A stretch of 39,644 bases of DNA from Verrucomicrobiales bacterium (GTDB taxonomy: Bacteria; Verrucomicrobiota; Verrucomicrobiia; Verrucomicrobiales; V1-33). Positions within the stretch are counted from its first letter, which is position 1. Every line of letters starts with the position of its first letter. The position numbers and the translations under genes are program-made. Shown here piece by piece: positions 7,394-16,166 of the stretch. Under the pieces are notes generated by a model that saw only the letters and a program-made list of their open reading frames with translations, ran no database searches and was not told the DNA's origin. Where the stretch lies: positions 1 through 39,644 of the forward strand of contig JANOAV010000052.1 in the NCBI GenBank assembly GCA_031411295.1. The letters run 5' to 3'.

Positions 7394-9991
7394 TTACTTG
7401 TTCTTGAATACCTTGTGCTGCGCGTCTCCGCCCGAAAGCAGATAAGCCATGAGGTCCAGCAGTTCATCGCGATTCATGCCCATGATCATGCTTGGAGGCA
7501 TGAGGGATACTTGGGAGAACTCAACGCTCTCGACTTTATCCGCCGGAGCTTTGGTGATCTGGTTGAGATCAAAGGGATTCGAGGCCACGCCGACTTCCTT
7601 GTCGTTGCGGAAAATCAGTCGGCCATACAGCGGGTCGGCATTTTTGAGTTTCACAGTGCTGGCCATGTATTGTTCGGAGATCGAGGCACTAGGCTCACAG
7701 ATGGCCACGAGGATGTCGCGGATGGAGTAACGATTACCCACGGAACCGAGGTCGGGCCCGGAGTGTCCGCCTTCGCCACTGAAGCGATGGCAGGCGATGC
7801 ACAACCCGGCGGAGAACATCTTTTTACCTTGCTTGAAATCTCGGGCCTGAAGATCAGACTTGAAGAGCTTCATCGCAGTATCCACAGTCCATGCTACCGG
7901 CGGACCATTGGGCTTGGGTAACTTGGTAAGATCCACGGCGGCAAAGTCGCCCAGCAAGCCTGCCATCTGCTCGAAATCCTTAGTCTCCAACTGGGCAATG
8001 GCGTCCTTGCGAATGGCTTGGAGGTAGCCGGCAAAGCTCTTGCCACCGTCCTTTTCCAAGGCCTCGTTGAGCCACCCAAAAAAGTATTTCCGATCGTCAA
8101 TCGTCCATCCGCTGCGCACCCGCCGCAGGAAGTAAGTGTAGTGAATATTCCGCGTGTTAGGGTTGTTGGCCATCATCTTCAAAATGGCTGCCCCATATTC
8201 GTGGCGACCGAGCATTTCCTTATCATAGTCCACGGTCTGGGCTCGGGTGGATTTCATCAGTTCGATGGTTTTCTTAACCACCATGGGAGCATCCAGCGAG
8301 GCCAGCACGCGGCACAACTCTGCGTTCACGGTGTCGTCCTTGGACGAATAATGCGCATCCAACTGAGCGATCACGGCCGCGGCCTTTTCACCCGCAGGCG
8401 GTCCCAGACGCGTGAAACTGAGCGCATAGGCCCGGAGCAATGCCAGTTGGTCCTCGCGTTCCAGTGTGCCAAAATTTATCTCAGCAAGTTTATCCAGCAG
8501 TCGGTTGGACCAGGATTTATCACCATGGCGGCACAAGGCGATACACGCATAGATCAGGGTTCGGGGATTCTTCTCAGCGAAAACTTTCTCCTGCCAGAGT
8601 GGGAGGTCCTGCCATTCAATGGCGAGGCGAGCAGCATAGCGGATGGAGCGATCCGCGTGCGCCAGAGACGGCCAAGCCTTCTCGATGGCTGCGGCACCGT
8701 CATCGCTGCGAACGTGAAGTTTCTCCAGCGAATGGCGCAGCTCTCTAAGTGCGCTGTTGGCTAGCAACGTCCGCGGAACCTCCGCTGGCTGCTTGCTAGT
8801 GGAGCGAATGCGATACAGTCGGGAGGCCGTGGTGCGGCCACCCGTAACGAAATACATTGCTCCGTCGGGACCGAACCGCATGGCTGCGATGTTCAACGGA
8901 CTGCCGTGCAGAAACTCTGATTTGGTGCCGGTGTAGCTGGAACCACTCTCCTGCATTGCGGCGGTGAAAATCGTGCCGAAAGTCCAATCGCATACAAAGA
9001 GCTTGTCTTGGAACTCCGCCGGGAAATTGGAGTGATGACCGAAACTGATGGCGGTGGGCGAGCGCGGACCAATATCCATCACCGAGCCGAGGCTATCGGC
9101 AAAGTAGTCCAGCCACACACTTGATCCCGCCCGCCAACCAAACTCAGCTCCGGACGTGAGATGATTGATCCGCGTGGGCCGATACCACGGCACTCCGACA
9201 TCGAACTCCATATCGGAATCATAAGTGAAGAGTTCGCCTTCACGATTCAGCGCCAGGTCCACGGAGTTGCGGAAACCCGAGGCGATCATTTTCCAGTCCT
9301 TGCCGTCCGGTGAGATGCGGCAAACCCAGCCGCCCGGTGCTTTGAGTCCTACCCCGTGTCCGCTGGGATCGGGCAGCGGAGGGGGCAGCGAGTCCTCCTG
9401 CCATACCGCCGGCTGGAGCGAAGAAGTTCCTTTGGGAACCTTGGTGAAATTGCCGCTAACTAAATAAAGACCTTTGCCATCGGCCGTGGGGATGATGGAG
9501 TGCGCAGAATGCTCGTAGCCCATGTCCAGCTTCTGCAGGAGCGTGAACTCGTCAAACTTGTCATCACCATCCGTGTCTCTGATGCGATAAAAGCCCCGCA
9601 TGTTCGCCATGTAGAGACTGTCGAAGGCGTAGAGGAAGCCATAAGCCCCGCCGACCTTGCGTTTCCCCCAATCCACCGGCTCATAGGGGAATCCCGGCAG
9701 ACTCTCCACCTGGATCTCCGTATCCTTGGTCGGCAGCGTCACGCGGAACACGCCCTTGTCATCCTGGTCGGAAACGATGAGGCGGCCCTTGGGATCAAAC
9801 GCCATGGCCACCCAGGACCCTTGAGACTTGGGCACCTCGTAGAGCAGTTCCGCGTCAAACCCGGCTCGGAGCGAGATGCCCGTGTCTTGATCGAGCACCA
9901 ACGGAGCTGAAGCGGTGACAGTGGTTTGGGAGGAGGCCGACCCATTGAACAAGGCGAAAGTCAAACCAAGGAATGTGAGGTGTCGAATCAT
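7394..9991 (-). CDS. PVC-type glucose/sorbosone-dehydrogenase-like beta-propeller, HEAT-like repeats and c-type cytochrome (CxxCH)
   Basis: ASGFRNSVDLA..GELFTYDSDMEFD, FGPDGAMYF, CIACH..G.GG..GPDL, SLMP. Start moved to MIRHLTFL (signal peptide) to avoid overlap with the sulfatase. Confidence 0.88.
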   Translation of the reverse strand: MIRHLTFLGLTFALFNGSASSQTTVTASAPLVLDQDTGISLRAGFDAELLYEVPKSQGSWVAMAFDPKGRLIVSDQDDKGVFRVTLPTKDTEIQVESLPGFPYEPVDWGKRKVGGAYGFLYAFDSLYMANMRGFYRIRDTDGDDKFDEFTLLQKLDMGYEHSAHSIIPTADGKGLYLVSGNFTKVPKGTSSLQPAVWQEDSLPPPLPDPSGHGVGLKAPGGWVCRISPDGKDWKMIASGFRNSVDLALNREGELFTYDSDMEFDVGVPWYRPTRINHLTSGAEFGWRAGSSVWLDYFADSLGSVMDIGPRSPTAISFGHHSNFPAEFQDKLFVCDWTFGTIFTAAMQESGSSYTGTKSEFLHGSPLNIAAMRFGPDGAMYFVTGGRTTASRLYRIRSTSKQPAEVPRTLLANSALRELRHSLEKLHVRSDDGAAAIEKAWPSLAHADRSIRYAARLAIEWQDLPLWQEKVFAEKNPRTLIYACIALCRHGDKSWSNRLLDKLAEINFGTLEREDQLALLRAYALSFTRLGPPAGEKAAAVIAQLDAHYSSKDDTVNAELCRVLASLDAPMVVKKTIELMKSTRAQTVDYDKEMLGRHEYGAAILKMMANNPNTRNIHYTYFLRRVRSGWTIDDRKYFFGWLNEALEKDGGKSFAGYLQAIRKDAIAQLETKDFEQMAGLLGDFAAVDLTKLPKPNGPPVAWTVDTAMKLFKSDLQARDFKQGKKMFSAGLCIACHRFSGEGGHSGPDLGSVGNRYSIRDILVAICEPSASISEQYMASTVKLKNADPLYGRLIFRNDKEVGVASNPFDLNQITKAPADKVESVEFSQVSLMPPSMIMGMNRDELLDLMAYLLSGGDAQHKVFKNK

Positions 9992-10019
9992 AAGGGGGGG
10001 GAAGGAAAAAGGATGGTGG

Positions 10020-11369
10020 TTATTCAGACTTGGGCACGGGAGGAATTTGCGCGTAGCTACCCAGGGATAGTAACCAATGCGTGTGCATTGACAGCAGTTC
10101 GTTGGCCAAGGCGGGTTCCTGATTGAGATGGTTGTCAGTTTCTGCGAGGTCATTTTTCAGATTGAAGAGTGCCGTTGGCTTTTGCTTTTGACCCATCATT
10201 TTCCAGACCCCACGACGAACGGCCCAGGCATCTCCTGATTGCCAATGGAGATCGCGCTCCTTCTTGGAGGCTGAGCCCTTGAGGCTGGGCATGATGTCCA
10301 TACCGTCAATTGTTAGAGTGGCAGGCAGCACAGCTCCTGCTAGCTGCGCCAAGGTTGGCAACAAATCCATTGTCATCAATGACTCGCTGCTGGTCGTGGC
10401 GGGAGGAATCGCTTGTGGCCATGAGGCGATGAATGGCACGCGATGGCCGCCTTCAAACAGGGTGCCCTTTTTGCCGCGCAAATTGGCGTTCGCAGCGAAA
10501 TCGCGCGGGCCAGCCGGACCGTTATCGGAACAGAAAATTACCAGGGGGTTGGCTTCGAGGTGATGCTTCCGTAACTCCGCCATGACCGCTCCGACGGATT
10601 CATCGACAATGCTGATCATTTCTTGGTAGGTCTCCACGGGAGATTTTTTCTTACTGGTATCTCGCCCCTGCCAGGGCTCGTGGGGCGCACCATGGGTCAG
10701 GTAGAGGAAGAACGGGACGTCCTTGTTCCGTGCGATGAAGTTGGTGGCATAGCGGGTTAGTAAATCTGTGGTGTAGCCTTCCTCATGTTCGATTTTTTGA
10801 TTGTTCCACCAATCCAGCTCTTTGTTGCCGTAGCCTGCGACATGGGTGTGGTAATCAACATTGCCACCCATAAAACCACGAAACTCGTCAAAGCCGTAAC
10901 CCATGGGATGAAACATCGGATCGTAACCAAGATGCCATTTCCCCATCAGGGCGGTGCGGTATCCCGCCTGCTTCAGCAACGCGGGCAGCGTCAGTTCTGC
11001 AGTTGCGATCCCCCAAGCCCACCGTTGCACGGGGTTCGCCTTGCGCTGTTCCCGAAATATCGGTGAAAGCTCTTCGTCAGGAACCCAGGCGCAGCGCTGT
11101 TGGTATCGCCCCGTCAAGAGCGCAGCGCGCGTCGGGGAGCAGAGCGCACCATTGCTATGAAAATCGGTGCAGCGGATGCCGCTGGCGGCAAGTTTGTCGA
11201 TGTTAGGAGTTTTGATTTCCTTGTTGCCGTAGCACCCCAAAGAGCCGTAGCCCAAGTCATCGGCCAGCATCAGGACGATGTTGGGCTTCTGAGCAGGGCT
11301 AGCCATGCGCAGTGAAAGCAGCGCGAAGAGCACGACAAGAATTGACCTCGCTGAAATAGATGTGATCAT
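10020..11369 (-). CDS. Formylglycine-dependent sulfatase (Cys-type, S1)
   Basis: KPNIVLMLADDLG, CSPTRAALLTG, GKWHLG, SDNG, GKKGTLFEGGHRVP. Start set at MITSIS because the longer ORF begins inside a REP. Confidence 0.95.
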   Translation of the reverse strand: MITSISARSILVVLFALLSLRMASPAQKPNIVLMLADDLGYGSLGCYGNKEIKTPNIDKLAASGIRCTDFHSNGALCSPTRAALLTGRYQQRCAWVPDEELSPIFREQRKANPVQRWAWGIATAELTLPALLKQAGYRTALMGKWHLGYDPMFHPMGYGFDEFRGFMGGNVDYHTHVAGYGNKELDWWNNQKIEHEEGYTTDLLTRYATNFIARNKDVPFFLYLTHGAPHEPWQGRDTSKKKSPVETYQEMISIVDESVGAVMAELRKHHLEANPLVIFCSDNGPAGPRDFAANANLRGKKGTLFEGGHRVPFIASWPQAIPPATTSSESLMTMDLLPTLAQLAGAVLPATLTIDGMDIMPSLKGSASKKERDLHWQSGDAWAVRRGVWKMMGQKQKPTALFNLKNDLAETDNHLNQEPALANELLSMHTHWLLSLGSYAQIPPVPKSE

Positions 11370-11380
11370 GGGCGGCAAGT

Positions 11381-11506
11381 GTGGCGGGGGCATTCTGCCC
11401 CCTAGCCTGGGCATGTGAAGAATTTGGGGTTGATGCTGGTTTGCTACGATTGATGGCTTGTGGGTTGCAACGGGTTCCTGGCTTGGGGGCAGAATGCCCC
11501 CGCCAC
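11381..11506. repeat. REPIN-like inverted REP doublet (family C)
   Basis: GTGGCGGGGGCATTCTGCCCCCTAGCC (11381-11407) and its inverted copy (11480-11506), 26/27 identical, with a 72-bp spacer. Each unit is itself a GGGGGCA-TTC-TGCCCCC hairpin. Confidence 0.9.
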
Positions 11507-11507
11507 G

Positions 11508-12818
11508 TTATTTTGAAATGCCCAAGGTATCAAAGGCTTGCTGGAGGGTCTTGCGGGCCGCGGCGGCTTTTTCTGATTCATTGCTGGGGTTGGGTTTGGC
11601 TGGGTCCTCCCAAAGCTCTCTTACCTCCCGGAGTTCATTTTGGTTATTTAGCATATAGTCGTGGCTTCGGAGCTGGCGGTCGCCTGCATTCTGAATGTGA
11701 ATCCACTCACGGGGGTGGGCTGGCTTGCCCAGCAGTTGGGGCGCGAAGGAATGTCCGTGAATGGTTTGCTCAGGTAGTTTGGCGCCCGTGAGTTCACACA
11801 GGGTGGGGAACATGTCAGAGAGATCAACGAGGTCTTGGCAGGTGGTGCCGGGCTGGATTTGCCCTGGCCAGCGCACGATGAGTGGAACGTGGGTGCCGCG
11901 GTCGGTCATGGTGCCTTTGCCGCCAGCGATCTGTTTCCCGTCGCCCCAGGTGTTGACAAGATCTGCATCGGTTCCATTATCGGCTAGGAATAGGACGATG
12001 GTGTTTTCGGCAATGCCGAGATCGTCGAGGGTCTGCAACATGCTGCCGATTTGCTTGTCGAGATAGGTGACCATTTCCGGGAAGTATTTCGGATCACCCT
12101 TGTGACCTTCGCTGGGCGCGCGATAGGTTTTCTCTTTGCTGTCCGGGGTTGGTTCCCAAGGATAGTGGGGCAGACAGGTGGAGTAGTAAGCGAGGAAGGG
12201 GGTATTGCTTTTGGCGTTGGTTTTGATGAAATCGAGATAGAATTCGAGGTCCACGTCCGGGCCATAACGATCCTTTATTACATTGGCAATCACGCGTCCG
12301 TCCCGTAGGAGATAGGGGTTCCAGTAGCGGGTGGTTCTGGCGCCTTTGTCATCAAAGATTTGCCACGTCTGATAGTGATCGAAACCAAACTCTTGGATGG
12401 TGTTGTGTTTGTGCTCCAAGGCCACATGCCACTTGCCAACAAGTTGGGTGGCATAGCCGTGTTGCTTAAGTTGGCGCACGAAACTGGGCTGCGTGGGCCG
12501 CAGATAGAGGTTCTCCTGGCTTTTGCTGTGGAGCACCACTTTAAGGCCATTCTGAAACGGATAACGTCCGGTAAGCAATTGGGCACGCGAGGGCGAGCAA
12601 AAGGGGTTCGAGAAATGATGCGTGAAGCGCATGCCCTCTTTCGCGAGTCGATCTAGGTTTGGGGTGCGATGCGAGGTGCCACCATAGCTGGAAAGGCACT
12701 CAACACCAAAGTCGTCTGCCAAGATGAGCATGATGTTAGGTTTCTCCGTCGGGGAAGCAGCGCAGGCGGCGGCGGGGAGGCAGCAGAGGATGATGGAAAG
12801 CAGGAAAGGGCGGGACAT
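11508..12818 (-). CDS. Formylglycine-dependent sulfatase (Cys-type, S1)
   Basis: KPNIMLILADDFG, CSPSRAQLLTG, GKWH, ADNGT, GGKG..TDRGTHVP and a signal peptide. Alternative GTG start at 12842. Confidence 0.94.
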   Translation of the reverse strand: MSRPFLLSIILCCLPAAACAASPTEKPNIMLILADDFGVECLSSYGGTSHRTPNLDRLAKEGMRFTHHFSNPFCSPSRAQLLTGRYPFQNGLKVVLHSKSQENLYLRPTQPSFVRQLKQHGYATQLVGKWHVALEHKHNTIQEFGFDHYQTWQIFDDKGARTTRYWNPYLLRDGRVIANVIKDRYGPDVDLEFYLDFIKTNAKSNTPFLAYYSTCLPHYPWEPTPDSKEKTYRAPSEGHKGDPKYFPEMVTYLDKQIGSMLQTLDDLGIAENTIVLFLADNGTDADLVNTWGDGKQIAGGKGTMTDRGTHVPLIVRWPGQIQPGTTCQDLVDLSDMFPTLCELTGAKLPEQTIHGHSFAPQLLGKPAHPREWIHIQNAGDRQLRSHDYMLNNQNELREVRELWEDPAKPNPSNESEKAAAARKTLQQAFDTLGISK

Positions 12819-12982
12819 GCAAGGGGAGTGATTAGCTTTCACCGCGAGAGTTGGGAAGACCGCAGTGGTGGTTCAGGTTTAGTTCTCTGTAGTCCCTCAC
12901 CAGTATCGATTGCTCAAGGCAAAAAGCACTTGAGAAAATGCATTTCATTATGTGGGAATCTGACGATGCTGGCAAAGTGCGA

Positions 12983-15900
12983 TTAAGGACCGCTGACCTT
13001 GAGGCGGACGAAGTTTCTGCTCCCGGCGGGAAAGGTATAGGTCACGTTATTGCCAATGATGGTGACATTGCCGCCGAGCGCTTCGGTCGTCCAGTTGCTA
13101 GCTGCCAGGGAGGAGGAGGTTTCTACCACAAAGTCGGTTCCGTAGGTTCCCGTGTAGGTTGCAGCCTTGGTCCAAGTTACACTAATTGTTCCGCCTGCAT
13201 TCGTTGGGCTGGGGAGAGGGGTGAAGCCCGTCGTGGTGGTGGAGCCACCAAGGAAATATTCCACCCCGTTAGGCACGCCATCTCCGTCATGGTCCAGATC
13301 CAGTGCCAAAGAGGTTCCGTTGGCGGATTGCCATCCGGCATAGCCACCCCCGACATCGGGCATGAGTTGGAGCGTGTTGCCGCCTTCAACTTGCAGCTTA
13401 AAGCCAGTGATCAGGGCGTCCAACACAGGTGTCCCCGTGATGCTGGCAGTGGTTGTTAGGAGAGTGTAGGTTGTGGCGGCTGCGGACGTGCCCGTGATCT
13501 TGACCGTGGAGCCGACGGCAAATGTCACTGTTTTGGTAGAAGTGGTGCCGGAGTCGAGCGTGAAGCCCAGAGACGCGAGGTTGTTGACCGTGATGGGTGA
13601 GTTGGAACTGCCACCGACCAGCGCCAGGGTGCCTGCGGTAACTGTCGTGGCTCCCGCATAGGTGTTGGCACCAGTCAAGGTGAGGATGCCACTGCCATCC
13701 TTGGACAATCCGCCGCCCAGAGAGCCAGCGTCCTCCAGCAGCGCCTGCGGGATGGTAATATCTTTTCCGGTGGCTACGTTGAAATTGGCTCCGCCGTCCT
13801 GAATGTAGGCGTTCGTGAAATTACTGATGTAGGTTGCGCTGGGGCCTGCGGGACGAAGGGTGCCGCCATCGAAATTAAGGGTCGTGGTCGTGTTCGTGCC
13901 CCGTGCGGTGGGGAATGCAGGCAGGGTGACATCGGCGGTGCCACCGATATTGATGACGGCAGTGTTGTCATTTCCTAACGCAAGGCGTGGAAACAGATTG
14001 GCGCTGAAAGTGCCGCCCGTAATGGTGAGGGTGGAAGCAACACTAGGGCTGACGGTTCCGTTACCCCCCATGGATAAAATGCCGACATTCGCAGTGCCCC
14101 CCGTTTGGTTGAAAAGGTTGGTCGTGTTAGGTGCAGTGGCATCATAGCGGCCGATCTGCAGCGTGGCATCGCCACCGCCACCCGAAGCTGTAGTCATGTT
14201 CAGCACGCCCGTCCCGCTGAGGTTGAAAGTGCCACCCATGGCTCCGTTGTTCACCCCCAGCATGATGCCGCGGGACGTGGAAGCAAAGGTGGTGATGCTG
14301 CCTCCGCTCAGGTGATAAATACCCTGATTCGCAACGGTATTCTGACCGAGGAGCAGGCCGTTGCCGCTGGCAAAACTGACCGCCCCACCGCTTTGGAAAA
14401 CAGTTCCAGTGGCGGCTGTGGTGGTGGCGTTGCCGACGTTAAATTGTCCCGTTCCAAAAGCGTAAGTGCCCGCAGTAATATTCAGTGTAGCATTGAGGCC
14501 GGGAGTATTGCTAACCGTGATCGAACGATTGCCGGTGGTGAAACCTCCAGATAAAGTAAGCGTTCCCGCACTGACAGCGGTGGCACCGGTGTAAGTATTC
14601 GTCTGCGTGAGGATCGCATGGCCAGCACCGAGTTTGTTGAAGCCGCCCGTGGTTTGATTGAGCACTTGGTCCACAGTGAACGTATGCCCGACGTTATCGA
14701 TGTCCAAGCCCACCGCCTTGGTCGCATTGAAGGAAACGGTATGGCCGAGAGTGCTAACGGAGGTTAGGGAGGAACCGGTGATTTGCAGTGTGCCACCGTC
14801 GAACACTAAAGTTGAAGAGGCATCACCCAAGTGGGCGGTCGTGCTGACACTCACAGTGCCGGCACTGAGCGTCGTCGTTCCAATGTAGGTATTGGCCGCT
14901 GATAGAACTGCTTTGCCGGCTCCCTGTTTGGTGATGGGGAATGCGCCCGAAACGGATCCAGCCAAAGTCAAGGTGCGGGCGGTCGTGACATTCCAGAGGT
15001 TGGCCGCATTGAACATGAGCGGGCAATTCAGGGTGAGATCCTGCGTGGCTGCGCTTAAATCAATGTCCGTGGCAAGCGCCCCCAAGGTTAAGGAGTGCCC
15101 CGCGTTGATGGTCACTAAGCCGCCGGGGTTCGTAATCGTGATTCCGCCAAACGTTAGGTCCGCCCCCAACGCTGTGGTGTTAGCTGCCAGCACTGTGTCA
15201 TTCCAAGTGGCGAGGCCCGTTGAGGTGGGCACACCTCCGGACCAACTACTTGGATCGTTGAGTGCCAACTCGTTGTTTGCCTTGATGCTTCCAAGGGCAG
15301 CGTAAGTCAGAATGATCCTGCCCAAGCCTCCGTTGGCACCCTTGAAAGAGGTGCCTGCCGTGGCACATTTTGCACCTCCCCCACCACCGCCAGGGCTCGT
15401 TGGCGCATTGCCCGCAGCACTGCCATTTCTTGAAGTGCCACCATTGCCGCCCGTGTGATCCGCGTCGCTCCCAGTGCCACCAGCACCAAAGGTGGCGTTG
15501 GCCGCCGAAGAATTACCGCCCGCCCCCAGGTCGCCCGCACCGCCGCCGCCGCCACCGCCATTGCCTGAACTCCAAAACACGGCATTTCCTCCTTTAAATC
15601 CTGCGTCAACCCCTGCGCTGACGGCACCACCGACACCTGCGGTGCCACTGGCGGCCGTTGCTCCAGTGACCACTCTGCACCCTCCGCCCTTACCTCCGTT
15701 GGCAGTGACGGTCACCGCGCTATCGCCAGTGAAAGATACCGCCGCACCGTCGGGAGCATCCTGGTTGTCAACAAAAGTATTAGCCGCAGGACTGACGGCG
15801 GCCGCTGGGATGGTGACGGTATAAGTATTGCCAGCAGTCACCGGGACCGTAATCAGCTTGGCATAGGCCCCGCCGCCGCCGCCGCCACCACCCGCATTGC

Positions 15901-16123
15901 CCGTGGCGCCCGTGGCTTTCGTGGCGCTGCCGCCCGCCCCCCCGCCGCCCCAGCATTCAACCTGGACCGTAGTCACGCCGGTTGGACAGATCCAATTGAC
16001 GGTTCCGGCAGTTGTAAATTTCTCAGTGACGGCACTCGCGTAATTCGCGGTGAACGTCAGCATCACCAGCGCCAGGGCGCTGGCAATCGTTGCTTGGCGG
16101 GGGGAAGGATTGGTGGTTTTCAT
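12983..16123 (-). CDS. Secreted protein with N-terminal glycine-rich domain, autotransporter-associated beta-strand repeats and verrucomicrobial C-terminal domain
   Basis: Signal peptide. FTTAGT..W.CP.GVT.VQVECWGGGGAGG...GGLGRIILTY Gly-rich module. NTY.G.T.V..GTL repeats. C-terminal DHDGDGVPNGVEYFLGG...FVRLKV. Confidence 0.9.
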   Translation of the reverse strand: MKTTNPSPRQATIASALALVMLTFTANYASAVTEKFTTAGTVNWICPTGVTTVQVECWGGGGAGGSATKATGATGNAGGGGGGGGAYAKLITVPVTAGNTYTVTIPAAAVSPAANTFVDNQDAPDGAAVSFTGDSAVTVTANGGKGGGCRVVTGATAASGTAGVGGAVSAGVDAGFKGGNAVFWSSGNGGGGGGGAGDLGAGGNSSAANATFGAGGTGSDADHTGGNGGTSRNGSAAGNAPTSPGGGGGGAKCATAGTSFKGANGGLGRIILTYAALGSIKANNELALNDPSSWSGGVPTSTGLATWNDTVLAANTTALGADLTFGGITITNPGGLVTINAGHSLTLGALATDIDLSAATQDLTLNCPLMFNAANLWNVTTARTLTLAGSVSGAFPITKQGAGKAVLSAANTYIGTTTLSAGTVSVSTTAHLGDASSTLVFDGGTLQITGSSLTSVSTLGHTVSFNATKAVGLDIDNVGHTFTVDQVLNQTTGGFNKLGAGHAILTQTNTYTGATAVSAGTLTLSGGFTTGNRSITVSNTPGLNATLNITAGTYAFGTGQFNVGNATTTAATGTVFQSGGAVSFASGNGLLLGQNTVANQGIYHLSGGSITTFASTSRGIMLGVNNGAMGGTFNLSGTGVLNMTTASGGGGDATLQIGRYDATAPNTTNLFNQTGGTANVGILSMGGNGTVSPSVASTLTITGGTFSANLFPRLALGNDNTAVINIGGTADVTLPAFPTARGTNTTTTLNFDGGTLRPAGPSATYISNFTNAYIQDGGANFNVATGKDITIPQALLEDAGSLGGGLSKDGSGILTLTGANTYAGATTVTAGTLALVGGSSNSPITVNNLASLGFTLDSGTTSTKTVTFAVGSTVKITGTSAAATTYTLLTTTASITGTPVLDALITGFKLQVEGGNTLQLMPDVGGGYAGWQSANGTSLALDLDHDGDGVPNGVEYFLGGSTTTTGFTPLPSPTNAGGTISVTWTKAATYTGTYGTDFVVETSSSLAASNWTTEALGGNVTIIGNNVTYTFPAGSRNFVRLKVSGP

Positions 16124-16166
16124 GGAGTATCATGTTGTTGGTTTGAAATTATTGACTCACGAAGGG

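Noticed and set aside
9992..10153. N-terminal extension of the 919-aa ORF, and similar extensions at 11414, 19009, 26358, 30983, 31057 and 34356
   Set aside because: They overlap neighbouring genes, repeats or promoters, or precede a clear signal peptide, so downstream starts were chosen.
12913..12934. Inverted repeat CTCAAG..CTTGAG upstream of a sulfatase
   Set aside because: Short and single, so it cannot be distinguished from chance or a weak terminator.
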